From: Verrucomicrobiia bacterium
GTDB taxonomy: Bacteria > Verrucomicrobiota > Verrucomicrobiia > Limisphaerales > UBA1319
NCBI GenBank assembly: GCA_963664225.1
Contig: OY760937.1
Location: 896,001 to 960,000, forward strand
Direction: 5' to 3'
DNA length: 64,000 bases
The notes beneath the pieces are model-generated. The model was not told the DNA's origin. It searched no databases and saw only the letters and a program-made list of their open reading frames with translations. Positions 1 to 9,483 of this stretch are shown here, one piece after another (the first letter of the stretch is position 1; each line of letters begins with the position of its first letter). The position numbers and the translations under genes are program-made.

Positions 1-831
1 GACGTTGTGCCAGTTGATGACGTCGTCGATCCATGGCGCCATGTTGTCCTGAATTTTTTGGGTCAATTCGAGAAGCCAGGCATCGCCGGTGCGATTATAA
101 AGCCAGTGAATGGATTCGATGTTGTCGCCCGCGCGTATTTTGGGCCAGTAACCGGCGCCGAAATATTCCGGGGGAAGCTGGTTTTGCCAGCGGAAATAGC
201 GCGTCATGAAGGGCAATACGCGGGCGTCATTGGAATACTCATAATAGGACTGGAGGACGTTGAGCATGACCATGTGGGGCCAGAGGTCTGGCTTGCCTTC
301 GAGGGATTTCAGGAGTTCGCGGGGGCCGAACCAACCATCCTCGCGCTGGCTGGAGAGGACCGCCTCGATCCAGACGCGGGCTTCGCGAATGATTTCGGGA
401 TCGTTGAGGACGTAACCGAGGTCGCCAAAGCCTTTGAGCCAGTAGGGGAGTTCCTCCCAGCCGCTGTGACCGGCGCCATCCTTGTTGGCCCAGGAATTGG
501 AGTCGAACTTGAGCCATGGAGAGATTTCCTTGAGGCGCCCCGTCATTCCTTTGGCTTCGATTTCGAGCATGTGGCGCAACCAGCCCTCTGGACGAATGGA
601 ACCGATGGGCAGTTTGACGAAGGGCGCCTGCAACAGCGGACTGCGATTGGTCACGTAAAGCGATTGGTTTCCGGTGGCCGCCGCAATGGGGACGACCTGG
701 ATTTGCGGGGTTTTTGTCGGGGCAGAGCCGTTCATGGGTTCTTTGGCCTCCTGTGCGGCGGCGAGGCAGGGTTGGGAAAGGGCGCATACGCCAGCGAGCA
801 CCGCCACGCCTGTGCAAATTCTTTGATTCAT
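1..831 (-). CDS. Secreted glycoside hydrolase GH127/GH146 (beta-L-arabinofuranosidase-like, DUF1680), N-terminal part; runs off the window
   Basis: Not in the ORF track; translated by hand from ATG at 831 on the minus strand: MNQRICTGVAVLAGVCALSQPCLA (signal peptide)...LPIGSIRPEGWLR...GWEELPYWLKG...SQREDGWFGP...DLWPHM...WHNV. These are family-typical motifs. Confidence 0.8.
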   Translation of the reverse strand, partial: MNQRICTGVAVLAGVCALSQPCLAAAQEAKEPMNGSAPTKTPQIQVVPIAAATGNQSLYVTNRSPLLQAPFVKLPIGSIRPEGWLRHMLEIEAKGMTGRLKEISPWLKFDSNSWANKDGAGHSGWEELPYWLKGFGDLGYVLNDPEIIREARVWIEAVLSSQREDGWFGPRELLKSLEGKPDLWPHMVMLNVLQSYYEYSNDARVLPFMTRYFRWQNQLPPEYFGAGYWPKIRAGDNIESIHWLYNRTGDAWLLELTQKIQDNMAPWIDDVINWHNV

Positions 832-929
832 GGATAGTCTGGGTCTTTGTGTGGGCATGATTGAATTAAACACTAGCTCTTTATGATCGTCCGCCAAGAA
901 AAAACGATGGAACAAAGGTGGAGGGCAGG

Positions 930-1017
930 ATGGATAATTGACAATGGATCAGCAGCTGATTAGCACAGATAAACAGATTTGGGAAGGACAGGATTAATAG
1001 GATTATTGGAGAAAAGA
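930..1017. repeat. Short-period degenerate tandem repeats (7-mer ATGGATA/ATTGACA/ATGGATC; 9-mer ACAGGATTA-type)
   Basis: ATGGATAATTGAC (930-942) and GACAGGATTAATAGGAT (987-1003) recur at 5399-5411 and 5353-5369. Confidence 0.6.
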
Positions 1018-1023
1018 TGAAAT

Positions 1024-1061
1024 TAACCCTATGGGCAAGACTGGGCTTGCCCATAGGGTTA
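1024..1061 (-). terminator. Intrinsic terminator of the LVIVD gene
   Basis: Perfect 16-bp inverted repeat TAACCCTATGGGCAAG / CTTGCCCATAGGGTTA with a 6-nt loop, about 25 nt after the stop. On the minus strand it is followed by T-rich ATTTCATCTTTT. Confidence 0.75.
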
Positions 1062-1084
1062 TGTGCTGAAAGCCGTATTCAGGA

Positions 1085-4000
1085 TCACGGTTTTTCGAGC
1101 CGGAAATACTCCTGCGGCAGGCCGTTGGTGGGTAGAAGGATGCGGCGCATGCCGTTGCTGGTGATGATTTCGGTTTGCACCGGCTGCCAGGATACCGGCG
1201 GGACGAGGTTTGTCGCGGATTTCAATTGGCAATCTCCCAACGCTTCCGGCCAGGCCAGCGTCCACTGTCCCTGAACCGCTTCCATGCCCAGGATCAAGGG
1301 ATGAGGCATTACCTGAAAAGTGCGCTCGACCGGAGCGGCGGCGGCAGTGACAGAGTTGCCTTCCTGGGTCGCCCGGACTGTGATGGTCCCGAGATTGGTC
1401 CAGGTGAACAGGTTGCTAATGACTGTGGCTGGCCCGCTGACCAGGGTGAAGGTCACCGGCAAGCCGCTAGTGGAGGTGGCCTGTAACGCGATTGATCCAT
1501 CGGTGCCATGCTGGTTGGTAACGGCGTCGAAGGTAATGGTTTGAGGGAACCAAATCTCGGAGGGAAAGATCATCAGGCCGTTGGTGCCGGAGGCGACATA
1601 GACATAATTGCCCGCCACAGTGACGTCCTGGGCCTGACCGCCGGTGTCATAACCACCCACGCGTTGCGGAGCGGTCGGGCTGCTGACGTCGATGATTTGC
1701 AAACCATTAGTGTCTTCCGCGATATAGGCATAATTGCCAGACACGGCAACACCCGAAACAATGCTGCTGGTGTTGTATGTGCCCACAAGCGTAAGACTGG
1801 CCGGATTGCGGATATCGACGATCTTGAGGCCGCCGTGGGCGTTCGCCAAATAGATATAGTTCCCATGCAGGGCAAAATTCGAAATCATAAGGCCCGCAGA
1901 ATATCCACCGGGAACTGATACAGGCATGAATGGATTGGTAATGTCCATTGCATATAGAGTGTTGGGCGACAAGCTGCATTCAAAGGCGTAATGCCCGGAC
2001 ACAGCGACGCGCCTGCCATTATACGTTGTTGGATTAACTTTGCTTGCGAGCTTCGGTGCGGCTGGATTTCGAATGTCGATTACGAGCAGCGGACCTGTTG
2101 GAGGTAAATAAAAGCCATACGCCACATAGGCATAATTTCCGACCACCGTAACATCATTGAGGGAGTTATTTGTGGAAGTATAGGTACCCACGACCTGAAG
2201 CGTGCTTGGATCGTGTGCATCGATGATCTTTAGAACGTCGCGTCCATCCACCAAATACAAATAGTTTCCAGCTACTGCAAGGCGCTGAGACTGGCCGGTT
2301 GTGGCAATTCCACCCACACGCACCGGCGCGGCGGGTTTGTGAATGTCCAGGACAACGAGACCCGCCTTTCCCGCGCCCACATAGGCATAATCTCCAGACA
2401 CCACCACCGATTGTGCGGAACCTAGTCCCACGTCCTTCCATGCACCCACCTGACCCAAACGGGCGGTGGTGTCGAACAACACTTGGTATAAAGTTTCGGG
2501 ATCATAGACGCCGTTGCCCGGTTGTTCCGCCCGAACGGTGACTGGCCCTGAATTGGTCAGCAACAACGAACCATTCTCGATTGTCGCCGGGCCGTTGACC
2601 ACTTCAATAAGCACGGGCAAACCGGCGCTGGAGTGGGCGGATATGGGCAGAGGTTGATTCAATATCGGTGCGCTGGGCAGGATATCGAATGCGAGCCTCT
2701 GCGTGAGCATGCGGACTTGAAAGCTGCGTTCGACCGGCGCGGCGGCGGCATAGATGTCGTTGCCAGCCTGAGTCGCCATGACTGTGATGGTTCCGGTGTT
2801 GGTCCAGGTGAGAATGTTGTTTGAAATGGTCGCTGGTCCGCTGACCAGGGTCAAGGTCACCGGCAAGCCGCTGGTGGCGGTCGCTTCCAAGACGACGGGG
2901 GCATTTGAGATGATCTGGTCGGCAATGGCGTTGAAGGTCAGGGTTTGGAAGGTTCGTATATCGGATTTAAGGATGTGCAAACCCTGGTTGGCCTCCGTCA
3001 TATACAAATAGCCATTTGTTCCAACAAGCCCCACAGCCACTCCACTTCCAAAACCGCCAAGGCTTACGGGCGTCATTGGGTTGCTGATGTCGATCACCTG
3101 CACCCCATTTGTGCCGTTCGCGATATAGGCGCGATTGCCGGAGACGGAAACGCCAGTGATGGAATTGGTGGTGACATAGCCGCCGGTGAATGCTGGGGCC
3201 ACGGGGTTGGCGATGTCGATGATTTGAAGGCCATTTGTGCCATCCGCCACATAAGCATAATGGTCTGCCACTGCGAGATCGTAAGCGGTGCCGGGAGTGC
3301 CCAATCCACCCACCACTTGAAGCGCGGTGCGATCGCTGACGTCGATGATTTGCAAACCGTTTGTGCCATCGGCCACATAAGCATAATGGCCTGCGACAGC
3401 GACATTGTAAGCGGTTCCGGGGGTATCCAATCCGCCCACACGGAGCGGGGTGGTGGGGTCGCTGATGTCGATGATCTGGAATCCAGAGTCACCGTCAGCC
3501 ACATACGCATCTGTGCCCGCCACGCAAACGCGTCTGGCATCGCCGGGGGTATCCAATCCGCCGATACGAATCGGAGCGGATGGAATACTGATATCAATGA
3601 TCTGCAATCCGGCGGAGCCATCGGCGACATAGGCATTACTACCGTTCACGGCAACATCCCGCGCGGTCCCACTGGTGTCATAACTGCCGACAAGCTTGGG
3701 CGCGTCCGGGTTGGTGATATCGACTGCCTGCAATCCGGCTGCACCTTCCGCCAAAAAGACCATGTTTGTTCCAATGGCCATGCCACCGGCTGATCTGACG
3801 GTCGCGTACCCACCCGCGTGTTGGGGTGATTTCGGATTGCTGATGTCCACCACTTCCAGACCGCCATTGTCCAATGCGATAAAAGAGTACCCCCCCGACA
3901 CCGCAGTCCCTTGAGCGTATCCAAGTGTCTTATAGCCGCCGGAAAGCGTAGGGGCAGTCGGATCGGTGATGTCAATAATTTTAAGCCCCAAGTCACTACA

Positions 4001-4876
4001 AGCAGCTAAGACGTAATTCCCGGCAACAGAAAACCGAGCCATGCTAAAGGTGGACTTGAAGCCACCCAGGCGCACCGGTGTGGCTGGATTGCTCATGTCG
4101 AAGATTTCGAGAGCTCCAGCTGAAGTGCCAATGAAAAGCTTATTATCGGCACCTTTGAGACTGGCAATACCTCCGGTAACAGGCGCACTCCCCAATCGTT
4201 GAGGCTCGGCAGGATTGCTGACATCCAAGACGTCAAAACCACCACTGGCATTAGCAATGCAAATATTCTGCCCAACCACGGCGAGACCCCAATTCCCGAT
4301 TGGTTTGTACCAGGATAAGAACTCGGGAGCTTCGGGAGTGCTAATGTCAATTACTGTTACGGCACCGTTATCGTTCATCAAATATGCATTATTTCCGATT
4401 ATACCGACATCCTCGGCTGATCCGCTCCCTTTATATCCGCCGATTAATTTGGGGGCGGAAGGATTGCTGACATCGACAATCTCAAAACAGTTTCCCCGCC
4501 CAGACAATGATAAGTAAACACGCTGACCAATCACAGTTATACCAGTCACATTAATCAAATCGGCTTTTGGCTGGTAGCTTCCCACGGCTGATGGCGTGAG
4601 TGGGTTGCTGATATCCACGACAATAAAGCCGCCGGTATGTGAAGTGACCAAATAGTCCTGGTAAATTATATATGCATAGTTGCCTGAAATGACCAAATCG
4701 CTGGTTACGGCGCTTTTATGCCCGGGCCAGACGCCATTTGAGACAAAGACATTGGTCAGTTCGGCCTGGACGGTGAGGCTGGCGCAGAGGGCCAGACAAA
4801 GACAGAGCGCGAGAGACCGGAAACCGTACAGAATTCGAGTGGGAAACAACTCAGTAATGATCGCCATGGTATTCAT
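1085..4876 (-). CDS. Secreted LVIVD-repeat (beta-propeller) surface protein with three QT(I/L)TF-type Ig-like domains and a C-terminal FRL-ending domain
   Basis: Signal peptide ending ASLTVQA; about 20 repeats of ~42 aa (YAYVADG.NGLQIIDISNP..P..VG...TPG.A..VAV); Ig-like units with ATSGLPVT.TLVSGPAT; ends ...SATNLVPPVSWQPV...QEYFRLEKP. Confidence 0.85.
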   Translation of the reverse strand: MNTMAIITELFPTRILYGFRSLALCLCLALCASLTVQAELTNVFVSNGVWPGHKSAVTSDLVISGNYAYIIYQDYLVTSHTGGFIVVDISNPLTPSAVGSYQPKADLINVTGITVIGQRVYLSLSGRGNCFEIVDVSNPSAPKLIGGYKGSGSAEDVGIIGNNAYLMNDNGAVTVIDISTPEAPEFLSWYKPIGNWGLAVVGQNICIANASGGFDVLDVSNPAEPQRLGSAPVTGGIASLKGADNKLFIGTSAGALEIFDMSNPATPVRLGGFKSTFSMARFSVAGNYVLAACSDLGLKIIDITDPTAPTLSGGYKTLGYAQGTAVSGGYSFIALDNGGLEVVDISNPKSPQHAGGYATVRSAGGMAIGTNMVFLAEGAAGLQAVDITNPDAPKLVGSYDTSGTARDVAVNGSNAYVADGSAGLQIIDISIPSAPIRIGGLDTPGDARRVCVAGTDAYVADGDSGFQIIDISDPTTPLRVGGLDTPGTAYNVAVAGHYAYVADGTNGLQIIDVSDRTALQVVGGLGTPGTAYDLAVADHYAYVADGTNGLQIIDIANPVAPAFTGGYVTTNSITGVSVSGNRAYIANGTNGVQVIDISNPMTPVSLGGFGSGVAVGLVGTNGYLYMTEANQGLHILKSDIRTFQTLTFNAIADQIISNAPVVLEATATSGLPVTLTLVSGPATISNNILTWTNTGTITVMATQAGNDIYAAAAPVERSFQVRMLTQRLAFDILPSAPILNQPLPISAHSSAGLPVLIEVVNGPATIENGSLLLTNSGPVTVRAEQPGNGVYDPETLYQVLFDTTARLGQVGAWKDVGLGSAQSVVVSGDYAYVGAGKAGLVVLDIHKPAAPVRVGGIATTGQSQRLAVAGNYLYLVDGRDVLKIIDAHDPSTLQVVGTYTSTNNSLNDVTVVGNYAYVAYGFYLPPTGPLLVIDIRNPAAPKLASKVNPTTYNGRRVAVSGHYAFECSLSPNTLYAMDITNPFMPVSVPGGYSAGLMISNFALHGNYIYLANAHGGLKIVDIRNPASLTLVGTYNTSSIVSGVAVSGNYAYIAEDTNGLQIIDVSSPTAPQRVGGYDTGGQAQDVTVAGNYVYVASGTNGLMIFPSEIWFPQTITFDAVTNQHGTDGSIALQATSTSGLPVTFTLVSGPATVISNLFTWTNLGTITVRATQEGNSVTAAAAPVERTFQVMPHPLILGMEAVQGQWTLAWPEALGDCQLKSATNLVPPVSWQPVQTEIITSNGMRRILLPTNGLPQEYFRLEKP

Positions 4877-5240
4877 AATTTGAATGCTTCGATTATTTTT
4901 AGCGACGATCGTTACAGCGACGAGTTCGTGTGGCTAATGGGATCGTTTATAAATCTCATCGCACAAGAATAGCAATAAAATAATAGGACCTTTGGTGGCC
5001 AGAGGATGAAAGAGTTCTGGCCTGGTGTTCCGATCCGCCAGCTCGGGGGGGGATTTCGCTTTCAGAAGCCTCACGCGAAGCCGCGAAGGAGGAAAGGAAA
5101 GTGTTTAGGGAATGGCCTCATCCTGGCGCTCTGATACGGCTTTTACAGGTTATCAAGCGTTGGCGAGGACCAGGCTCCTGGGGGGGACGATTCCGTTCAA
5201 ACTGAGGAGTTTTGTGGTGTGCCCCGCGTTTTTTTCAATC

Positions 5241-5342
5241 GTCGCTACGCGACTGATGGGGCTGACGGGAACAGAGATCGCGTTTGAATTCCCAACCGCG
5301 GGTTAAAAACTCACGGCTACCATCGTGCCGTCGCTCCGCGAC
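5241..5342. repeat. REP-like composite palindromic element
   Basis: Three hairpins: GTCGC-TAC-GCGAC (5241-5253), CCGCGGGTT-AAA-AACTCACGG (5296-5316) and GTCGC-TCC-GCGAC (5330-5342). The layout resembles REP clusters associated with tyrosine transposases (RAYT); that link is inference. Confidence 0.55.
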
Positions 5343-5352
5343 GAGGCCCTAA

Positions 5353-5411
5353 GACAGGATTAACAGGATGGACAGGATTGGAAAAAGGGCGGGAGGAAAT
5401 GGATAATTGAC
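5353..5411. repeat. 9-mer (ACAGGAT-NN) x3 plus 7-mer ATGGATA/ATTGAC repeats
   Basis: GACAGGATTAACAGGATGGACAGGATTGG, then ATGGATAATTGAC; the same motifs as at 930-1003. Confidence 0.6.
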
Positions 5412-5423
5412 CACAAGAAAGTG

Positions 5424-5598
5424 AAGAGCCAAGAGCCAAGAGCGAAGAGCCAAGAGCCAAGAGCCAAGAGCGAAGAGCCAAGAGCCAAGAGCCAAGAGCC
5501 AAGAGCCAAGAGCCAAGAGCCAAGAGCCAAGAGCCAAGAGCCAAGAGCCAAGAGCCAAGAGCCAAGAGCCAAGAGCCAAGAGCCAAGAGCCAAGGGCA
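5424..5598. repeat. Heptanucleotide tandem array (AAGAGCC)24 plus one degenerate unit
   Basis: 24 units span 5424-5591; units 3 and 7 are AAGAGCG; the final degenerate unit is AAGGGCA. Confidence 0.97.
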
Positions 5599-5646
5599 GA
5601 GGGCTTGGGCAATGGGGAGATCGCATGGAACAAGGGTCGGGGGGAG

Positions 5647-5703
5647 TTGACAACAAGACTGATGGGATTAGACTGGAAACCATAAAAACCGATGGGGTTT
5701 CCA
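5647..5703 (+). promoter_or_regulatory. Sigma70-type promoter and probable TetR operator for the efflux operon
   Basis: TTGACA (5647-5652)-N16-TAGACT (5669-5674). Inverted repeat TGGAAACC-N14-GGTTTCCA (5674-5703) covers the expected start site and touches the ATG. Confidence 0.65.
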
Positions 5704-6452
5704 TGGAGCTAAAAACGAAAATAAATGTTGACCGTTCCAAGGGCCGCAGTGCCGCGCGCAGGCCCCGGGTGATGGACGCCACGCCGAGTTTTGGTGTGAC
5801 GAGTGTGAGCGCGCCGGGCTTTGCGCCAGCGGTGCGGATGGAGCCGGTCGATCCTGTGCGGGCGCGCATATTAAAAGCGGCGGAGGATCAGTTTTTGACC
5901 AACGGATTCAGCACAGTCACCATGGAAGACATGGCGGTTGGCCTGGGCATGAGCAAAAAGACCATGTACCGGCATTTCCGCAGCAAGGAGCAGTTGGTCA
6001 AGATGATGCTTTTGAGCCGGCTCAACAGGATTCATCGACATCTGGAGGGGATTCACAGCGATCCGACGCTGGATGTGGTCACCCGCATGAAACAAATCCT
6101 GGAGTTTCTCACATTGCGACTTGGAGAGGTCAAACAGCCGTTTTTCCGCGATCTTCAGCGACATGCGCCGGAAATTCTTAAGCTGGTGGATAATTACCGC
6201 ATGCGGGCCATCCCGGCCATTTTCGGAAAGGTGTTCGAGGAAGGGCAGCGGATGGGGTTGATGCGTGAAGACATGCCAAAGGAACTGGTGATCGAGATGC
6301 TGCGGGTGTGCGTGCAAAACATCATCAATCCCGAGGTTCTGACCCGGCTGGACCTGCCCTTGCGAAAGGCTTTTGAGATGATATTGGACATGCTATTTAA
6401 CGGAATCATGACCGCCGATGGAAAAATTGCGTATGAAAAAATCCGGTCTTAA
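5703..6452 (+). CDS. TetR/AcrR family transcriptional regulator
   Basis: HTH: RARILKAAEDQFLTNGFSTVTMEDMAVGLGMSKKTMYRHFRSKEQL. Start placed at the ATG after the promoter; the true start could be 5772 or 5838. Confidence 0.9.
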   Translation: MELKTKINVDRSKGRSAARRPRVMDATPSFGVTSVSAPGFAPAVRMEPVDPVRARILKAAEDQFLTNGFSTVTMEDMAVGLGMSKKTMYRHFRSKEQLVKMMLLSRLNRIHRHLEGIHSDPTLDVVTRMKQILEFLTLRLGEVKQPFFRDLQRHAPEILKLVDNYRMRAIPAIFGKVFEEGQRMGLMREDMPKELVIEMLRVCVQNIINPEVLTRLDLPLRKAFEMILDMLFNGIMTADGKIAYEKIRS

Positions 6453-7419
6453 TTATTTGAATCAGTGGGGGGCAGTCTTGGTGCTGGCCGTGTTTGGGGT
6501 TTTGCTGAGCGGATGCTCGGACTCAAACAAAGCTCAATGGCAGGGATACATCGAGGGGGAATATGTGCTGGTGGCCTCGCCAATCGGGGGCGCGCTGGAG
6601 CACTTGAACGTGAAGCGGGGGGATCAGGTCAAGGCGGGGGAAGTCTTGTTTGGCCTGGAGCACGCAACGGAAGAGGCGGCACGCAACGAGGCGGCGGCCC
6701 GTTTGGGCCAAGCCAGGGCGCGTCTGGAAAACATCACCAAGGGCAAACGTCCGACTGAGATTGCGAGCATCGAGGCGCGACTGGCTCAGGCGCAGTCGAG
6801 TCTGGAACTATCCAAGGCGGAATTCAGCCGGTGGGAAAAGCTCAAGTCAGACGGGGTGGCTTCACAATCGGAGTTCGATCGCGTTCGCGCGTCTTATGAA
6901 CGGGATCAGAGGCTTGTGGCGGAGTGGAATTCCGAGCTGGCCACGGCGAAGCTGGGAGGTCGAACGGATGAGGTGCAGGCGGCGGAGGCTGAAGTGGCGT
7001 CCATGACGGCAGCGCTGGCGCGCACGGAGTGGAACCTGAGCCAGAAGAAGCAAAGCGCGCCGACCAATGGTTTGGTGTTCGACACGCTCTATCGGTCCGG
7101 GGAATGGGTTCCTGCGGGAATGCCGGTGGTTTCGATATTGCCTCCGGGCAACGTAAAGACGCGTTTCTTTGTGCAACAAACAAGGCTGGGGGCAATGAAG
7201 GTCGGCCAAAAACTCCTGATCAAAGCGGATGGCGCGCCCGGGAGTTATCCCGCGAAGGTTACATATATTGCGCCGCAGGCCGAATACACGCCGCCTGTCA
7301 TTTACAGCCGGGACAACCGGGCGAAATTGGTGTTCATGGTGGAGGCCGCGTTTGACGCGCCTGATCCGGCAATTCTGCATCCGGGGCAGCCGGTGGATGT
7401 GCAGTTGGCCACAGAATAA
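6433..7419 (+). CDS. HlyD-family periplasmic adaptor of ABC exporter (YbhG-like), lipoprotein
   Basis: Lipobox LLSGC; QGYIEGEYV, VKRGDQV, coiled-coil hairpin, AEYTPPVIYS, LHPGQPVDV. Confidence 0.9.
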   Translation: MKKSGLNYLNQWGAVLVLAVFGVLLSGCSDSNKAQWQGYIEGEYVLVASPIGGALEHLNVKRGDQVKAGEVLFGLEHATEEAARNEAAARLGQARARLENITKGKRPTEIASIEARLAQAQSSLELSKAEFSRWEKLKSDGVASQSEFDRVRASYERDQRLVAEWNSELATAKLGGRTDEVQAAEAEVASMTAALARTEWNLSQKKQSAPTNGLVFDTLYRSGEWVPAGMPVVSILPPGNVKTRFFVQQTRLGAMKVGQKLLIKADGAPGSYPAKVTYIAPQAEYTPPVIYSRDNRAKLVFMVEAAFDAPDPAILHPGQPVDVQLATE

Positions 7420-7423
7420 CGCG

Positions 7424-8347
7424 ATGAACGGGGAACTGGTCATTGACGTGGAAGGGATCACCAAGCGCTACGGCGGAAGGCCTGTGGTGAACCAGATTGG
7501 AATGAAGGTTCGGCGCGGAGAGATTTACGGTTTTCTTGGCCCCAACGGGAGCGGCAAGACCACATTTTTACGGATGCTTTGCGGGTTGCTCACGCCGGAT
7601 GAAGGAAAGGGAACATGCCTTGGCTTCGATATTCTTTCCGAGTCCGGGGAGATCAAGAAGCATGTGGGCTACATGACGCAGCGATTCAGCTATTATGAGG
7701 ATCTGAGCATTGAGGAGAACCTTGATTTTGTGGCGCGGATTTTCGGGGTGAAAGACCGGCGGCGGGCGGTGGATCACAGTCTGGAACAGCTTGGGCTGAC
7801 AGAACGGCGGCGGCAACTGGCCGGGGTGTTATCTGGCGGGTGGAAACAGCGTCTGGCATTGGCGGCGAGCCTGATTCACGATCCGCAGCTCCTGCTTTTG
7901 GACGAGCCCACGGCAGGGGTGGATCCCAAGGCGCGACGGGATTTTTGGGAGGAAATTCACCGGCTGGCGGCGCAGGGTTTGACGGTGTTGATCACGACCC
8001 ACTACATGGATGAGGCCGAGCGATGTCATCGGCTGGCGTATATCGCCTACGGCAACCTTCTGACGCGAGGCACGGTGCAGGAAGTGATCCAGGCGGCGGG
8101 TTTGACAACGTGGTCCGTCACTGGAGAAAGCCTTTATCAATTGGAGGAACAGTTGCGCAAGCTGCCTGGGGTGGAAGAAGTGGTGGCGTTCGGAAACACC
8201 TTGCACGTCAGCGGACGGGATGCCGGATTGCTGCAGACAAGCCTGGCGCCATTTCTGGCGGGGCCGCACAAATGGCAGCCGATTCAACCTGGTTTGGAGG
8301 ATGTGTTCATCAGCCTGATGGAAAACGCGAAGGACAACTTTTCATGA
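7424..8347 (+). CDS. ABC-2 exporter ATP-binding protein (YbhF-like)
   Basis: Walker A GPNGSGKT, signature LSGGWKQR, Walker B LLLLDEPT, H-loop TTHYMDEAE. Confidence 0.95.
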   Translation: MNGELVIDVEGITKRYGGRPVVNQIGMKVRRGEIYGFLGPNGSGKTTFLRMLCGLLTPDEGKGTCLGFDILSESGEIKKHVGYMTQRFSYYEDLSIEENLDFVARIFGVKDRRRAVDHSLEQLGLTERRRQLAGVLSGGWKQRLALAASLIHDPQLLLLDEPTAGVDPKARRDFWEEIHRLAAQGLTVLITTHYMDEAERCHRLAYIAYGNLLTRGTVQEVIQAAGLTTWSVTGESLYQLEEQLRKLPGVEEVVAFGNTLHVSGRDAGLLQTSLAPFLAGPHKWQPIQPGLEDVFISLMENAKDNFS

Positions 8348-9483
8348 AGGCGTACGAATTTTCCCTCCGCCGTTTCTGGGCCCTGGTGATCAAGGAATTC
8401 ATCCAGATGCGACGGGACCGGTTGACGTTTGGGATGATGATCGGCATCCCGGTGATGCAGTTGATCCTGTTTGGATTTGCCATCAATGCGGATCCGAAAC
8501 ATCTGCCGACGGCCATATTATGCGCGGATAATAGCGTGTTTTCGCGAACGCTGGTGCAGGCCCTGAAGAACAGCGATTATTTCGATGTTTTGACCGTGGC
8601 CACCAACGAGGTGCAGGCGCAGCGTTTGCTGGATCTGGGAGATGTGCAGTTTGTTTTCAACATTCCCGAGGATTTTGGCAGGAAATTGATGCGGGGGGAG
8701 AGGCCCAAGGTGCTGCTGGAGGCGGACGCCACGGATCCGGTGGCGACCGGGAACGCCTTTTCGGCGATTAATAACTTGATGACCACCGCGCTGGACCGTG
8801 ATTACAAGGGGCCGTTGGTGAAACTCAGAGCGACGCCGTCCGCGGTCGAACTGCGCATTCACCGCAAGTACAATCCCGATGCGATCACGCGCTATAACAT
8901 TGTGCCCGCGCTGATGGGAGTGGTGCTGACGATGACGATGGTGGTGATCACGGCACTGGCGGTCACGCGGGAAAGAGAGCGCGGAACGATGGAGAATCTG
9001 CTATCGACGCCCGCGCATCCGGCGGAGGTGATGATTGGCAAGATCGTTCCCTACATCGTGGTGGGATATATTCAGGTGTTGCTCATCATGTTTGTGGCGG
9101 GATTTTTGTTCCAGGTGCCCATATTGGGAAATCCAATTCTGTTGCTGGCGGTGGCGCTGGTGTTTATTGCGGCCAATTTGTCGGTCGGAATCACGTTTTC
9201 CACACTGGCGAAAAACCAATTGCAGGCGATGCAGATGTCGTTCTTTTTCTTTCTGCCATCGATCCTGCTATCGGGCTTCATGTTTCCGTTTCGCGGGATG
9301 CCCCAATGGGCGCAGGCGGTGGGGTCCGTATTGCCGCTGACCCATTTTATTCGGATCGTGCGGGGCATACTTTTGAAAAACAACGGAATCACGGAAACCT
9401 TGCCACATTTGTGGCCCATCGTGCTGTTCATGGTGGTGGTGCTTTCGATTGGATTGAAGCGCTATCAGCGAACGCTGGATTGA
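8344..9483 (+). CDS. ABC-2 exporter permease (YbhS/YbhR-like)
   Basis: KEFIQMRRD, RERERGTMENLL, LLSGFMFPFRGMP; multiple TM helices; ATGA overlap with the ATPase gene. Confidence 0.93.
   Translation: MKAYEFSLRRFWALVIKEFIQMRRDRLTFGMMIGIPVMQLILFGFAINADPKHLPTAILCADNSVFSRTLVQALKNSDYFDVLTVATNEVQAQRLLDLGDVQFVFNIPEDFGRKLMRGERPKVLLEADATDPVATGNAFSAINNLMTTALDRDYKGPLVKLRATPSAVELRIHRKYNPDAITRYNIVPALMGVVLTMTMVVITALAVTRERERGTMENLLSTPAHPAEVMIGKIVPYIVVGYIQVLLIMFVAGFLFQVPILGNPILLLAVALVFIAANLSVGITFSTLAKNQLQAMQMSFFFFLPSILLSGFMFPFRGMPQWAQAVGSVLPLTHFIRIVRGILLKNNGITETLPHLWPIVLFMVVVLSIGLKRYQRTLD

Noticed and set aside
7..837. 276-aa plus-strand ORF
   Set aside because: It is the codon-register antisense shadow of the minus-strand GH127/146 gene.
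5424..5598. CRISPR array
   Set aside because: Contiguous 7-mers with no spacers, and no cas genes in the window.
5317..5869. ORFs with LALGSWL or KSQEPRA repeats, including a repeat-encoded N-terminal extension of TetR from 5421
   Set aside because: These are translations of the stop-free heptamer array. A good promoter/operator lies downstream of the array, so the extension is unlikely to be expressed.
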